A DNA stretch of 64,000 bases, taken from an uncultured delta proteobacterium. Lineage in GTDB: Bacteria; Desulfobacterota; Desulfobacteria; Desulfobacterales; UBA2156. The notes under the pieces were generated by a model that was not told where the DNA came from, made no database searches, and saw only the letters and a list, made by a program, of their open reading frames with translations. Location: NCBI GenBank assembly GCA_963736855.1, contig CAVTQK010000024.1, positions 141,850 to 205,849 on the forward strand, given 5' to 3'. Below, piece by piece: positions 20,445 to 31,220 of the stretch. The first letter of the stretch is position 1; each line of letters opens with the position of its first letter. The position numbers were made by a program, and so were the translations under genes.

Positions 20445-21024
20445 GGATCGAGCTTTCAACGTTTCCTTTGAAGGTGGATGTTCGGGAATTCAGATCATAA
20501 ACCATACGATCGGCGACAATGGAAAAACGATTCCCTTCGATGGTCACCGGATCTTTGGAGTAGATGACTCGATTCTGGTGGTCATAGCGCAGGCGTTCGG
20601 TTTTCATCACATAATCCTCATGTGTGACCGTGACGTCCCCGACAGCTTCCAGGTCATTGGTCTCGGGCATGAGGATCCCTATTTTTGCGGTCAAATGGAC
20701 CTCCCCCCCATCATTTAAGAAAAAGACGACAGAAGGACTGTCGATGACGGTCCGGTTATGCCTTCGCTGAACCTGGGCGGATTTTGCGGTAAGCGTCCAC
20801 TCATCTCTGCCATTTCGTGTAGCCGTATGGCGGATCTGTTTTAACGAAATATCGGCCTGGGTCTTTTTCAAAAGCGAGGCAGCATTTTCAGGATCGACGG
20901 ATAGGTGACGATAGCTGACGAAAACCGCCACAACGGCAACCAGAGTGGCGAGAATAATGCCCACCAGCGCTAAACGAAGTGCGCCGGGTTTCTTCGGGCG
21001 CATCCATTGTCCGGAATCGTTCAT
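20425..21024 (-). CDS. lptC: LPS export protein LptC
   Basis: Single N-terminal TM, W.L.A..A and beta-jellyroll-like repeats; ATG overlaps the kdsC stop. Confidence 0.85.
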   Translation of the reverse strand: MNDSGQWMRPKKPGALRLALVGIILATLVAVVAVFVSYRHLSVDPENAASLLKKTQADISLKQIRHTATRNGRDEWTLTAKSAQVQRRHNRTVIDSPSVVFFLNDGGEVHLTAKIGILMPETNDLEAVGDVTVTHEDYVMKTERLRYDHQNRVIYSKDPVTIEGNRFSIVADRMVYDLNSRTSTFKGNVESSIHDTLSL

Positions 21025-21590
21025 GAAGATAACCATAGATTCTTGAGCCATAACCCCTTGGCCTTTAAAATCGCTTCGCAGATCTCCCTGACGGCCCCTT
21101 TGCCGCCTCTGGCGGAAGTAACCCAGTCGGCGGTTTCAAGGAGAGCCTCATGGGCATCTGCCACCGCGATGAAAAGCCCCACGGAACCTTTCATGGATAA
21201 ATCGGGAAGGTCATCACCGGCAAAGGCGATATCCTCCGGCTTGGACCCGGTGTCCGCGCATATCCGGTTGAGGACGCTCTTTTTATTCGAGACGCCGTCA
21301 TAGACAAATGAAATTCCCAGGTTTTTACACCGGTGGCGCAGGGCCTTGGAACTTCTTCCGGTGATGAGGCATACCGGGATGCCCTCTTCCAGAAGGAGGC
21401 GGATACCGAGCCCGTCCTTGGCGTTGAATGCCTTGATCTCTTCACCTGAATCCGAATAGATAATGGTACCGTCCGTAAGAACTCCATCCACATCCATGGC
21501 AAGAACCCTTAAGGCGGCAAGGCGATCCAAGAGTCCATCGGTTGGGCTTTGAATGCCGGACCGGTTACTGGGATGGGCGGAAACGGTCAT
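21021..21590 (-). CDS. kdsC: KDO 8-phosphate phosphatase (HAD)
   Basis: DVDGVLTDG, KDGLGI, GDDLPD and GGKGAVRE motifs. Confidence 0.95.
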   Translation of the reverse strand: MTVSAHPSNRSGIQSPTDGLLDRLAALRVLAMDVDGVLTDGTIIYSDSGEEIKAFNAKDGLGIRLLLEEGIPVCLITGRSSKALRHRCKNLGISFVYDGVSNKKSVLNRICADTGSKPEDIAFAGDDLPDLSMKGSVGLFIAVADAHEALLETADWVTSARGGKGAVREICEAILKAKGLWLKNLWLSS

Positions 21591-22423
21591 AACGGCGGGC
21601 TTTTCAGGGCGTCCCGGATCCTTTTGAGTGTCACTAGAAGGGGCTCGAGGGAGTCCAGGGGCAGGGAGTTGGGTCCGTCACACAGAGCCTGATCCGGATT
21701 GGGATGGACTTCCATAAATATGCCGTCTGCGCCTGCGGCTACGGCCGCTTTTGCCAGGACCGGTGCAAATCTCCGCTCTCCACCGGAACGGATGCTTTCT
21801 CCGCCGGGCAACTGCACACTGTGGGTCGCATCAAAAATCACAGGGTATCCGGTTTCTTGCATGATCGGGATCCCTTTGAAATCGACGATAAGGTTGTTAT
21901 ACCCGAAAGAACTGCCACGCTCGGTGATCAAAATCCGGGAATTTCCGGAAGACGCCGCCTTATTAACCACGTTGGCCATATCCCTGGGAGAGAGGAACTG
22001 CCCTTTTTTGATATTGAGGGGTTTACCTGTAGCGGCCGCCGCCGTGATCAGGTCCGTCTGTCGGCATAAAAAAGCCGGGATCTGGATGATGTCCAAAATT
22101 GCTGCACAAATGTCGATTTGGGAAATCCGGTGGACGTCGGAAAGGATACAGATGTCAAGCTCGGTCTTGATCCTCTTGAGGATATCCAACCCTTCCATCA
22201 TCCCGGGTCCCCTGAATGAGTCGATGGAACTGCGGTTGGCTTTGTCGAAGGACGCCTTGAATATGAACGGGATCTCGAGACGCCGTGTCAAGGCCTTGAG
22301 GAAAGAGGCGATCCGGAAGGACGTTTCGGCATCTTCGATGACACACGGCCCTGCGATGAGGGCCAGAGAGTTATCGCCTCCGATTGAAATTCCTTCCCGG
22401 ATATGGATCACATGTCGAGTCAT
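21587..22423 (-). CDS. kdsA: KDO 8-phosphate synthase
   Basis: AGPCVIE, KASFDKANRSS, QIPAFLCRQTD and DATHSVQ motifs. Confidence 0.98.
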   Translation of the reverse strand: MTRHVIHIREGISIGGDNSLALIAGPCVIEDAETSFRIASFLKALTRRLEIPFIFKASFDKANRSSIDSFRGPGMMEGLDILKRIKTELDICILSDVHRISQIDICAAILDIIQIPAFLCRQTDLITAAAATGKPLNIKKGQFLSPRDMANVVNKAASSGNSRILITERGSSFGYNNLIVDFKGIPIMQETGYPVIFDATHSVQLPGGESIRSGGERRFAPVLAKAAVAAGADGIFMEVHPNPDQALCDGPNSLPLDSLEPLLVTLKRIRDALKSPPL

Positions 22424-22530
22424 AGGAGGTGAGTATCCTTTCCGATGATGGATTATCTGTTCTTTTATCGCGACGGCCCACAGAAGTCAAGGAACGAAAA
22501 GAAACCTTGATTGGAGTACGGTAAATTGAT

Positions 22531-23943
22531 ATGGTCATGCTTCATTTCGATAGATGGAGCGTTAACCAATTGAAGTCAAAAGATAAAAACACAAAATGGC
22601 GATGGGTGGCACCTCTCTTCTGCGTGCTGATTTTAGCTTTGGGAGCCCTGTTATGGGTGAAGATGGAAGGAGAGGCGCCCAGCATCAAACTGACCCCGGA
22701 AAGCCCCACCCTGGGCATTCGGTCGGAGATCACTCTTTCGGTCTCGGATGCAAAAAGCGGACTTTCAAAAGTGTGGGTGGGGATTCTTAAGGGAGGGAAA
22801 GAAGAGACTCTTCTCGATGAAAATTTTCCGTCGCCCGGACTTTTCTCAAAATCGGGGATTCAAGAGAAGACTTTTATCCAAGTGATCGAACCGAAGAAAC
22901 TGGGTCTCAGCGAAGGCAAGACGACGCTTCGGATTATGGCTCGGGATCATTCCTGGCGGCATTGGTTTCATGGCAATCGGGGATATCTTGAAAGAGAAGT
23001 GGCGGTTGACACCCGGCCGCCTCAGATTGTCGTTTTGAGCAAATTTCATTATCTGAACCAGGGTGGCACCGGCCTGGCGATGTATCGGCTTACCGAGCCG
23101 TGCCCGGAAACGGGGATCAGGGTGGGTGAGCATTTCTTTCCTGGATACGGCGGTCATTTGGGCGACTCTCTGGTTCACATAGCCTTCTTTGCACTGAGCC
23201 ACGAGCAGGGGCCGGGAACCTCCATTGCCATTAAAGCCGTCGATAAGGCAGGAAATGCTTCCCAGACCGGATTTGCGCATCATATCAAAGCCGTAAACTT
23301 TAAAAAGGACACTATTCCCATTACCGATGATTTCCTGGGTCAAATATTGCCCAAATTCGAATCCGAAATCGAAGGCAGCGATAAAGGCTCATTGATTGAA
23401 CGGTTTCTGAAGGTGAATCGTGACCTTCGGGAGAAAAATTACCGGCAGATGGTTCAAGTAACCACCAGTTCTGAAAAGGAGCTTTTATGGAAAGGCGCCT
23501 TTTTGAGACTCCCCAACTCCGAACCACGTGCGGGATTCGCCGACACCCGGGATTATATTTATCAGGGGAAAAAGGTTGATCAACAGGTGCATCTGGGCAT
23601 AGACCTGGCCGCCGTAGCCCATACTCCGGTACCGGCGGCGAATAAGGGGAAGGTGGCTTTTGCCGGGGACCTGGGTATTTACGGCAGGACGATCTTGATT
23701 GACCATGGTTTCGGGGTTTTCAGCATGTATTCACACCTGAGTGATTATACGGTTCAGGTGGGGCAGACGGCGGAAAAGGGTGAAATCATCGGCCACACCG
23801 GAGATACCGGTCTTGCCGGGGGGGACCACCTCCATTTCAGCATGGTGGTCCATGACACCTTCGTGAGCCCGGTGGAATGGTGGGACCCCATGTGGATCGA
23901 AAAACGAATCATGGATAAACTCAAAGGAACGGAAAACGGATAA
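22531..23943 (+). CDS. M23 family metallopeptidase, membrane anchored
   Basis: HLGID, IDHG..YSHL and GDTG..GDHLHF motifs. Confidence 0.92.
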   Translation: MVMLHFDRWSVNQLKSKDKNTKWRWVAPLFCVLILALGALLWVKMEGEAPSIKLTPESPTLGIRSEITLSVSDAKSGLSKVWVGILKGGKEETLLDENFPSPGLFSKSGIQEKTFIQVIEPKKLGLSEGKTTLRIMARDHSWRHWFHGNRGYLEREVAVDTRPPQIVVLSKFHYLNQGGTGLAMYRLTEPCPETGIRVGEHFFPGYGGHLGDSLVHIAFFALSHEQGPGTSIAIKAVDKAGNASQTGFAHHIKAVNFKKDTIPITDDFLGQILPKFESEIEGSDKGSLIERFLKVNRDLREKNYRQMVQVTTSSEKELLWKGAFLRLPNSEPRAGFADTRDYIYQGKKVDQQVHLGIDLAAVAHTPVPAANKGKVAFAGDLGIYGRTILIDHGFGVFSMYSHLSDYTVQVGQTAEKGEIIGHTGDTGLAGGDHLHFSMVVHDTFVSPVEWWDPMWIEKRIMDKLKGTENG

Positions 23944-23966
23944 AAGCGAATCTGCGGAGGTCGGCA

Positions 23967-25136
23967 TTGAAACCGTATCGCATCAATAAAACCATCGAAG
24001 AAATCAACACGAAAATCCGGGAAGGAAAAGCGGTGATCATGACCGCCGAGGAGATCATCCCTATCGTCAAGTCCGAGGGACCTGTGGAGGCCGCGAGGCA
24101 GGTGGACGTGGTGACGACCGGGACGTTTGCCCCCATGTGCTCTTCAGGGGCGTTTATCAATTTCGGCCATTCGGTGCCGCGTATCAAGGCCTCCCGGGTC
24201 TGGTTGAACAAGGTCCCGGCTTATGCAGGAATCGCGGCGGTGGACTGCTACATCGGCGTTACGGAACCCTGCGAGGACGATCCGTTGAACAAGGTTTACC
24301 CCGGTGAATTCAATTACGGAGGTGGGCACGTCATCGAGGACCTGGTTGCTAAAAAGACGGTCTATCTGAAGGCGTCGTCTTACGGCACGGACTGCTATCC
24401 GAACCGCGCCATCGAAAAAGAGATCACACTCGCCGCACTTCCTCAGGCGACTCTGTGTAACCCGAGAAACGGGTATCAAAACTACAACTGCGCCGTCAAC
24501 ACCACCGACCGAACCATATACACCTATATGGGCACACTCAAGCCGCGCATAGGTAACGCCAATTACTGTTCGGCGGGGCAGCTCAGCCCATTGTTCAACG
24601 ATCCATATTATCAGACCATCGGACTGGGGACCCGCATTTTCCTGGGCGGCGGGGTGGGGTATGTCGTCTGGTACGGCACCCAGCACAATCCCGCGGTGAA
24701 GCGATCCCGCAAAGGGGTACCTGTCGGGGGGGCGGGGACGTTGTGGGTTATGGGGGATCTGAAACAGATGAGCCCCCGATGGCTGATGGGGGCCAGCATT
24801 CAAGGTTACGGGTGTTCTCTGTCGGTCGGACTCGGAGTTCCGATCCCTCTTTTGAACGAAAAAATTGCTCAATATACCGGTCTATCCGATGAAGATCTCT
24901 TCACTCAGGTGGTGGATTATGGCCATGATTATCCGAACGGCATTTCCAAGAGCCTGGCTCAGGTCAGCTATTCGGAGTTGAAAAGCGGCACCATCAAAGT
25001 CAATGGGAAGACGATTCCAACGGTTCCGCTCTCCAGCGTGGTACGCGCCAGGGAGATCGCCGATATATTGAAAAAATGGATTCAAAGCGGGAAATTTCTC
25101 CTGGGGACGCCCCAGTTTACCCTTCCGTCCCGGTGA
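23967..25136 (+). CDS. DUF39 family homocysteine biosynthesis protein (aspartate-semialdehyde sulfurtransferase-like)
   Basis: KTIEEIN.KI, VDVVTTGTFAPMCSSG, YGGGHVIEDL, TDCYP and NPRNGYQNY motifs. Confidence 0.9.
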   Translation: MKPYRINKTIEEINTKIREGKAVIMTAEEIIPIVKSEGPVEAARQVDVVTTGTFAPMCSSGAFINFGHSVPRIKASRVWLNKVPAYAGIAAVDCYIGVTEPCEDDPLNKVYPGEFNYGGGHVIEDLVAKKTVYLKASSYGTDCYPNRAIEKEITLAALPQATLCNPRNGYQNYNCAVNTTDRTIYTYMGTLKPRIGNANYCSAGQLSPLFNDPYYQTIGLGTRIFLGGGVGYVVWYGTQHNPAVKRSRKGVPVGGAGTLWVMGDLKQMSPRWLMGASIQGYGCSLSVGLGVPIPLLNEKIAQYTGLSDEDLFTQVVDYGHDYPNGISKSLAQVSYSELKSGTIKVNGKTIPTVPLSSVVRAREIADILKKWIQSGKFLLGTPQFTLPSR

Positions 25137-25190
25137 AGCAAAAGATTCCGGCGGCTGGTGATCATGGCGTACGTTTCAAAAGGGTCGGAT

Positions 25191-25778
25191 ATGACCCGAG
25201 AGCCGGCAGAAACAATTCGGGCTTTTGTCGCTTTCGAACTGCCCAAAAGAATCATCGATGCCTTAGCCCGTGTTCAGGAACAGATGCGTGGCTTAAGGGT
25301 CGACGCCCGATGGGTCCGTCCGGCAAATATTCATCTGACCCTTAAATTTTTAGGACAAGTACCGGCTTCGGATATCGAAACCATCGGGAGAAGTGTCATG
25401 GAAGCGGCCCGGGGTCGAGGTCCCATAGTTCTTTCGGTGAGAGGGGTTGGCGTTTTTCCCGGGGTCCGCAAGCCCCGGGTGGCCTGGGTTGGGTTAAACA
25501 ATCCGGATGGCGGATTGCTCCGTCTCCATCAGGAACTGGAGACCCGCCTGAGCGCCGCGGGATACCCGGTTGAGGAACGGCCCTTCAAGGGACATTTAAC
25601 CGTCGGTAGATTCAAGGGAAGCATACCGGCACCGATGCTCATAAAAGCCCTTAACGCTTTCCAGGATTTTGAAACCGAGACGTTCAGTCTTGACACGCTC
25701 ATTCTGTTTCAAAGCGAGCTGATGCCTTCAGGGCCGGTTTACACCAAAATCGTGAGGGCCATATTGACGAACTCGTAA
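25191..25778 (+). CDS. thpR: RNA 2',3'-cyclic phosphodiesterase (2H family)
   Basis: RAFVA, HLTLKFLG, HLTVGR and S.L...GPVY motifs; typical position before recA. Confidence 0.93.
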   Translation: MTREPAETIRAFVAFELPKRIIDALARVQEQMRGLRVDARWVRPANIHLTLKFLGQVPASDIETIGRSVMEAARGRGPIVLSVRGVGVFPGVRKPRVAWVGLNNPDGGLLRLHQELETRLSAAGYPVEERPFKGHLTVGRFKGSIPAPMLIKALNAFQDFETETFSLDTLILFQSELMPSGPVYTKIVRAILTNS

Positions 25779-26115
25779 CTAGGCCGATTTTGCTCGCTGC
25801 ATGATCATTTTTAAGAGATGCTCATGGCTTCGATGAATCTCGAGAACTCGGTACAGGCGCCTCGGACAGCTTGAGATTTTTTGACACCCGGCCACTCGCA
25901 TCTTCTTTGGAAAATGTTCAAATTCCGCCCGAAAAAGCCTATTGCGAATCTATCAACATTGATGAACTCGTAAAAAGTCGAAAATCAGATGGCAAAGTAA
26001 AAAGTTCAAGTTCAAGGCGTCGCGAATCCCGTGTGATGAGGCTTACTTATCGTACGTCGAAATCGCAACGGGATGAAGCGCAACGCAGAAATTGGACTTT
26101 TTACGAAGCCATCAA
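25764..26115. repeat. Two tandem inverted-repeat-bounded intergenic elements (MITE/REP-like)
   Basis: Unit 1 (25764-25956): TTGACGAACTCGTAACTAGGC...GCCTATTGCGAATCTATCAA. Unit 2 (25959-26115): TTGATGAACTCGTAAAAAGTC...GACTTTTTACGAAGCCATCAA. Confidence 0.75.
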
Positions 26116-26143
26116 CATTGTAGCTGACAAAGAGGAGGAAGCC

Positions 26144-27169
26144 ATGGCCATATCTTCAGAGAAAGGGAAGGCGGTAGAGAGCGCCATCACCCAGATCGAG
26201 CGCCAATTCGGTAAAGGGGCTATCATGAGGCTGGGAGGGGATACTATCGTCGATGTTCCGATCATTTCCAGCGGATCGCTGGCCCTGGATCATGCCTTGG
26301 GCATCGGTGGCCTTCCCCGGGGAAGAGTTGTCGAGATCTTCGGGCCCGAGTCTTCCGGGAAGACCACCCTTGCGCTCCATGCGGTGGCGGAAGCCCAAAG
26401 ACAAGGGGGGATCGCCGCGTTTATCGATGCGGAGCACGCACTGGATATTCTGTATGCCAAAAAACTGGGTGTCAACAGCGACGAGCTTTTAGTCTCCCAG
26501 CCCGACACCGGGGAACAGGCCCTGGAAATCACCGAGATGCTGGTGAGAAGCGGCGCCGTCGACATCGTGGTCATCGATTCCGTGGCCGCACTGGTGCCTC
26601 GTGCCGAGATCGAAGGTGAAATGGGGGATGCCCACATGGGGCTTCAGGCCAGACTCATGTCCCAGGCGCTGCGCAAACTTACCGGGACCATTGGGAAGAC
26701 CATGACCTCGGTGATTTTCATCAATCAGATCCGCATGAAGATCGGTGTGTTTTTCGGGAATCCGGAAACAACCACCGGTGGAAACGCCCTCAAATTTTAC
26801 GCCTCTTTACGACTCGATATCCGAAGGGTTAGCGCCATCAAAGATGGACAGGAAATCATCGGTAATCGGACAAAGGTGCGGGTGGTTAAAAACAAAATGG
26901 CCCCCCCGTTCAAGGAGGCGGAGTTCGACATCCTTTATGGGGAGGGAATCTCCCGGGCCGGCGACCTCCTCGATACCGCCGTTACTTACAACGTAATCGA
27001 AAAAAGCGGCGTCTGGTACGCATATGGCGGGGAGCGGATCGGCCAGGGCCGTGACAATGCCAAGCGGTTCCTGATGGAAAACAAAGACATCTTCAACGAT
27101 GTGATGACTAAGACCAAAGAAACTCTGGGCATCTTAAAGAAAAAAACCGATAAACCGGATACGGAGTAA
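26144..27169 (+). CDS. recA: Recombinase RecA
   Basis: [24 protein letters not shown] and [25 protein letters not shown] before ATG 26144. Confidence 0.99.
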   Translation: MAISSEKGKAVESAITQIERQFGKGAIMRLGGDTIVDVPIISSGSLALDHALGIGGLPRGRVVEIFGPESSGKTTLALHAVAEAQRQGGIAAFIDAEHALDILYAKKLGVNSDELLVSQPDTGEQALEITEMLVRSGAVDIVVIDSVAALVPRAEIEGEMGDAHMGLQARLMSQALRKLTGTIGKTMTSVIFINQIRMKIGVFFGNPETTTGGNALKFYASLRLDIRRVSAIKDGQEIIGNRTKVRVVKNKMAPPFKEAEFDILYGEGISRAGDLLDTAVTYNVIEKSGVWYAYGGERIGQGRDNAKRFLMENKDIFNDVMTKTKETLGILKKKTDKPDTE

Positions 27170-27172
27170 TCT

Positions 27173-29794
27173 ATGACAGGAGAAGAGATCCGCAGGCGAT
27201 TTCTGGAATATTTTAAGAAAAAAGACCACCGCATCTTACGCAGTTCATCCCTTGTTCCCTCTGATGATCCCACTCTTTTGTTTACCAATGCAGGAATGGT
27301 GCAGTTCAAGCGGGTCTTTTTGGGTGAGGAAAACCGAGGATATTTACGGGCCACGACTTCTCAAAAATGCGTCCGGGCCGGGGGGAAACACAACGATTTG
27401 GAAAACGTGGGGTATACCGCACGACACCACACCTTTTTCGAGATGCTGGGCAATTTTTCTTTTGGGGACTACTTTAAAGAGGGTGCCATTGAATTCGCTT
27501 GGGATCTGCTCACCAACGACTTTGGATTTCCGCCCGAAAAGCTATGGGCCACCATCTATCTGGACGATGATGAGGCTGCGGTGTTGTGGCAAAAGGTGAC
27601 CGGAATCCCCGAAGACCGGATTGTTCGATTCGGGGAAAAGGACAATTTCTGGGCCATGGGAGACACCGGGCCCTGCGGCCCCTGCAGTGAAATCATCATC
27701 GATCGTGGAGAAGCCTATGGGTGTGGGAAACCGGATTGCAGAGTCGGATGTGAATGCGACCGGTACCTGGAGATATGGAATCTGGTATTCATGCAATTTA
27801 ACCGGGATGCCTCCGGCAAGATGACGCCTTTGCCCAAACCCAGCATCGACACCGGCATGGGGCTCGAGCGGGTTGTATCGGTTATTCAGAATGTTCCGAC
27901 CAATTACGACACGGATATCATCCGGCCCATCATCCGGAAGGTGGAGGAACTTTCGGAGCGACCTTTCGGTGCATCGGAAGCCGATGATGTGGCCATGAAG
28001 GTCGTCGCCGATCATTCCCGTGCTGCCGCTTTTCTCATCGGTGACGGTGTGTTGCCGTCCAACGAAGGGCGGGGCTATGTTCTGAGGCGAATCATGAGAC
28101 GGGCCATCCGGTATGGCAGAAACATCGGCTTGAAAAGGCCGTTTCTAATCAATACGGCGGAGGAAGTCTGTGATGTGATGAAAACCGCCTATCCCGAGTT
28201 GTCGGAATCATGGGCTTTCATCGGAAATGTCATCCAAAATGAAGAAATCCGGTTCATGGAAACCCTCGATCACGGTCTAAGACTCTTGAACGATACCTTG
28301 GAAGAGATGAAGGTAAAAGGGGTCACCCAGGTTCCCGGGGAGGTGGTTTTCAAGCTTTATGACACCTTTGGGTTTCCGGTGGACATCGTCAGGGACGTGG
28401 TTCGGGACAAGCAATTGACTCTGGATCTTCAGGGCTTTGATCTGGCAATGGAAGCCCAAAGGGAAAAATCCCGATCTACCTCGGTCTTCATGGGGATCGC
28501 CGATGCATACAAGTCTCTTTCCGCGAGCGGATTCCATCCGGAGTTTGTGGGATACGATCGCCTGGAGGCGGACGGCAGAGTGGTTCTCTTAGTACAAAAT
28601 AACCTGGAGATCGAAATTGCCGGCGCCGGCGAAACCGTGGAGATGGTCACGGATATAACGCCCTTTTATGCGGAATCCGGAGGACAGGCGGGGGATAATG
28701 GAAAATTCAGCGGACCCGCTGGTGCCGGGGAGATCATTAATACCTTCAAGGATCCCACCGGCATTGTCATCCATAAAGTGAAAATCCTTCAAGGAAATGT
28801 CGCAAAGGGTCAGATGGTGACGCTGAGCGTGGATCCGGAAAAGCGGCAGGCAACCGCTTTGAATCACACAGCCACTCATATTCTCCATGCCGTACTGCGG
28901 CGGGTGTTGGGAGACCACGTCAAGCAGGCAGGCTCTCTAGTGGCTCCGGACCGGCTGCGTTTCGATTTCACACATTTTTCGACTATCAACTCCGAACAAT
29001 TGGATGAAATCGAGAGGGGGGTCAACGAGAAAATCCGAGAAGCCATCGATGTTCATGGCGAGGAGATGGATGCCGAGGACGCCTTCAAAACCGGGGCCAT
29101 GGCCCTTTTCGAGGAAAAATACGGGGATCGTGTCCGGGTCATCTCTCTTTCTTCTTTCAGCAAGGAACTTTGCGGAGGGACTCACATCGATAACACCGGA
29201 CGGATCGGGCTTTTCAAAATCATCGGGGAATCGAGCGTGGCGGCTGGTGTTCGGCGGATCGAAGCTCTCAGCGGCCGGGAGGCGATTGACCATATCCAAA
29301 GTGCTTTCCGTATCCTTAAGGAGACGGCGGAGCAACTGAAGGAAAAACCGGAATCGATTCCGTCGCGGGTCGAAGCCCTCCTGATGCGTTCTAAGGCCTT
29401 GGAAAAAGAGGTGGAGCGGCTGAAGGGAAGCATCGCCGCCCGGTCGACGGAACAAGTTGAAGAAGAAATTCGCACGATCAATGGTGTTCGGGTGTTATCC
29501 AAGAAGGTTTCCGTGGATACACCGGCAGCCTTGAGAGAATTGGCCGATCGTTTCAGGGACCACATGGGTTCAGGGATCGTCGTTCTGGGGAGTGTGGCCG
29601 ACCAGAGGGTGTTGCTGATTGTGGTGGTTACCAAAGACCTGACAGGCCGTTTCCATGCCGGCAAGATCATCAAAAAGATTTCGGCCATAGTCGGCGGGAG
29701 TGGAGGCGGAAGACCCGATATGGCCCAAGCCGGCGGCGACCGGATCGAAAAGCTGGATCAGGCCCTTGGGCATGCCTACGAGATTCTCGTTTGA
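27173..29794 (+). CDS. alaS: Alanine--tRNA ligase
   Basis: LLFTNAGM, RHHTFFEMLGNFSFGDYFK, HTATH, ELCGGTH and GGGRPDMAQAG motifs. Confidence 0.99.
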   Translation: MTGEEIRRRFLEYFKKKDHRILRSSSLVPSDDPTLLFTNAGMVQFKRVFLGEENRGYLRATTSQKCVRAGGKHNDLENVGYTARHHTFFEMLGNFSFGDYFKEGAIEFAWDLLTNDFGFPPEKLWATIYLDDDEAAVLWQKVTGIPEDRIVRFGEKDNFWAMGDTGPCGPCSEIIIDRGEAYGCGKPDCRVGCECDRYLEIWNLVFMQFNRDASGKMTPLPKPSIDTGMGLERVVSVIQNVPTNYDTDIIRPIIRKVEELSERPFGASEADDVAMKVVADHSRAAAFLIGDGVLPSNEGRGYVLRRIMRRAIRYGRNIGLKRPFLINTAEEVCDVMKTAYPELSESWAFIGNVIQNEEIRFMETLDHGLRLLNDTLEEMKVKGVTQVPGEVVFKLYDTFGFPVDIVRDVVRDKQLTLDLQGFDLAMEAQREKSRSTSVFMGIADAYKSLSASGFHPEFVGYDRLEADGRVVLLVQNNLEIEIAGAGETVEMVTDITPFYAESGGQAGDNGKFSGPAGAGEIINTFKDPTGIVIHKVKILQGNVAKGQMVTLSVDPEKRQATALNHTATHILHAVLRRVLGDHVKQAGSLVAPDRLRFDFTHFSTINSEQLDEIERGVNEKIREAIDVHGEEMDAEDAFKTGAMALFEEKYGDRVRVISLSSFSKELCGGTHIDNTGRIGLFKIIGESSVAAGVRRIEALSGREAIDHIQSAFRILKETAEQLKEKPESIPSRVEALLMRSKALEKEVERLKGSIAARSTEQVEEEIRTINGVRVLSKKVSVDTPAALRELADRFRDHMGSGIVVLGSVADQRVLLIVVVTKDLTGRFHAGKIIKKISAIVGGSGGGRPDMAQAGGDRIEKLDQALGHAYEILV

Positions 29795-29871
29795 GCCTCG
29801 TGTCTTTTGCCTTGATCGAATTTTTTCTTCAATTACAAGGGCGTTAAGAGCCGTTTCTCATTAATTCCAGC

Positions 29872-31200
29872 CTATATTTCCTTGAGCTTCCTGTTTCCAG
29901 GGGATTGGCGGACAGCATCGGAAAAGGCAGCCAACGATTCACGGAAGCGCTGGATTTCAACCGTTTCAGTCAGGGGGATCCGCTTGGATCCCTCCCGATC
30001 CATGGCTTCCAGTATGAATCCGATGGTGAGAAGGTCGGTGTCGCACCCGGGCTGATAGGACGGTTGCTTCGAATCGTTTTCGGATCGAATCTCGGACAGG
30101 ATCCCCGCGGCTAGAAGTTTATCAAAGATTGCCTTGAGGATGGCCGGAGGGCATCCGAGCCTCTCTGAGAGATCCGAAACGGTGGGTGGTTTCCCTCCCT
30201 TTTTGAATTCTTGAATAACGGTGTGTGAAACCTGGAGTGCCACAAGTTTGATCGTCTCCGGACTGAGATTTCCCTCCTCCGGCACACCCGCACGATAAAA
30301 CGGATAATTATGGTGGCTGTAAGACAGTTCCGCCCCGAACAGCACGATAGTCCAGCTCAGCTGCAGCCAGACCAAGAACAAGGGGAGGGCGGCGAAGCTG
30401 CCGTAAATGGCATTATACTTCGCCACACCCACCTGTAACACAATGTAGCCCCATTGCACGACCTGATAGAGAGTTCCGGCCACGATACCGGCTAATATTC
30501 CGGACCGGTATGGGATCTTTCGGTTCGGCATGAAGATATAAATAAATGCAAAAAACGCCCAGAGGATGATATAGGGTAAAAGCCTCAGCAAAAAGAGGAC
30601 CAGCTTGCCGACCATGTCCAAAAGAGCGGTTTTTTCGGAAAGTACTGCGGCCTGGGAGGCGAGATAAACGGTGATACTGCTGGAGAGTATCATGACCAGG
30701 GGATAAATGAGCATCATGGAGAGATAATCACTGAACTTGCGGCCGAGACCTCGTCCTTTTTCGACGCTCCAGATGCGATTCAAGGCGTTTTCGATCTGAC
30801 CAAAGATGTTGATGGCCGACCAAAGGAGGACCACCACACCCACGCCTGCAATCACCCCTCCCTTGGCGGTTTCCAGGAGATTTTGCGCAAAGACGATGAT
30901 CTGTTTGAGGACAGCTTCCTGTTCCGGGACCTGCTGGAGGATCTGATCCTGGAAATGCTTTTCAAATCCGAAGCCTTTGGCGATTCCAAAGGCCAGCGCC
31001 AGAACCGGGACGATGGAAAGGAGGGTATAAAGGGTCAATGCCGAGGCTCTCAAAGCGCATTGATTTCGATAAAAGTTGCGTATGGCCAACAAAAGTACCT
31101 TTGTGCCGGTCAGGATGATGCGTTTGAGACGAGGAAGGTCTGATGCCGGCAGGTTCCAACTATCCGTTTCGAATAGCCGAAAAAATTTTGGGACCGCCAC
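29872..31200 (-). CDS. YihY/BrkB family membrane protein with C-terminal HTH-like extension
   Basis: ASALTLYTLLSIVP and YNAIYGSFAALPLFLVW..W..L.GAE motifs. Confidence 0.9.
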   Translation of the reverse strand: MAVPKFFRLFETDSWNLPASDLPRLKRIILTGTKVLLLAIRNFYRNQCALRASALTLYTLLSIVPVLALAFGIAKGFGFEKHFQDQILQQVPEQEAVLKQIIVFAQNLLETAKGGVIAGVGVVVLLWSAINIFGQIENALNRIWSVEKGRGLGRKFSDYLSMMLIYPLVMILSSSITVYLASQAAVLSEKTALLDMVGKLVLFLLRLLPYIILWAFFAFIYIFMPNRKIPYRSGILAGIVAGTLYQVVQWGYIVLQVGVAKYNAIYGSFAALPLFLVWLQLSWTIVLFGAELSYSHHNYPFYRAGVPEEGNLSPETIKLVALQVSHTVIQEFKKGGKPPTVSDLSERLGCPPAILKAIFDKLLAAGILSEIRSENDSKQPSYQPGCDTDLLTIGFILEAMDREGSKRIPLTETVEIQRFRESLAAFSDAVRQSPGNRKLKEI

Positions 31201-31220
31201 AAATCCTCCTTTTCAAATCG

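Noticed and set aside
25871..26143. 91-aa N-terminal extension of RecA in the ORF track
   Set aside because: It is read-through of the palindromic repeat elements; a strong RBS precedes ATG 26144, where RecA homology begins
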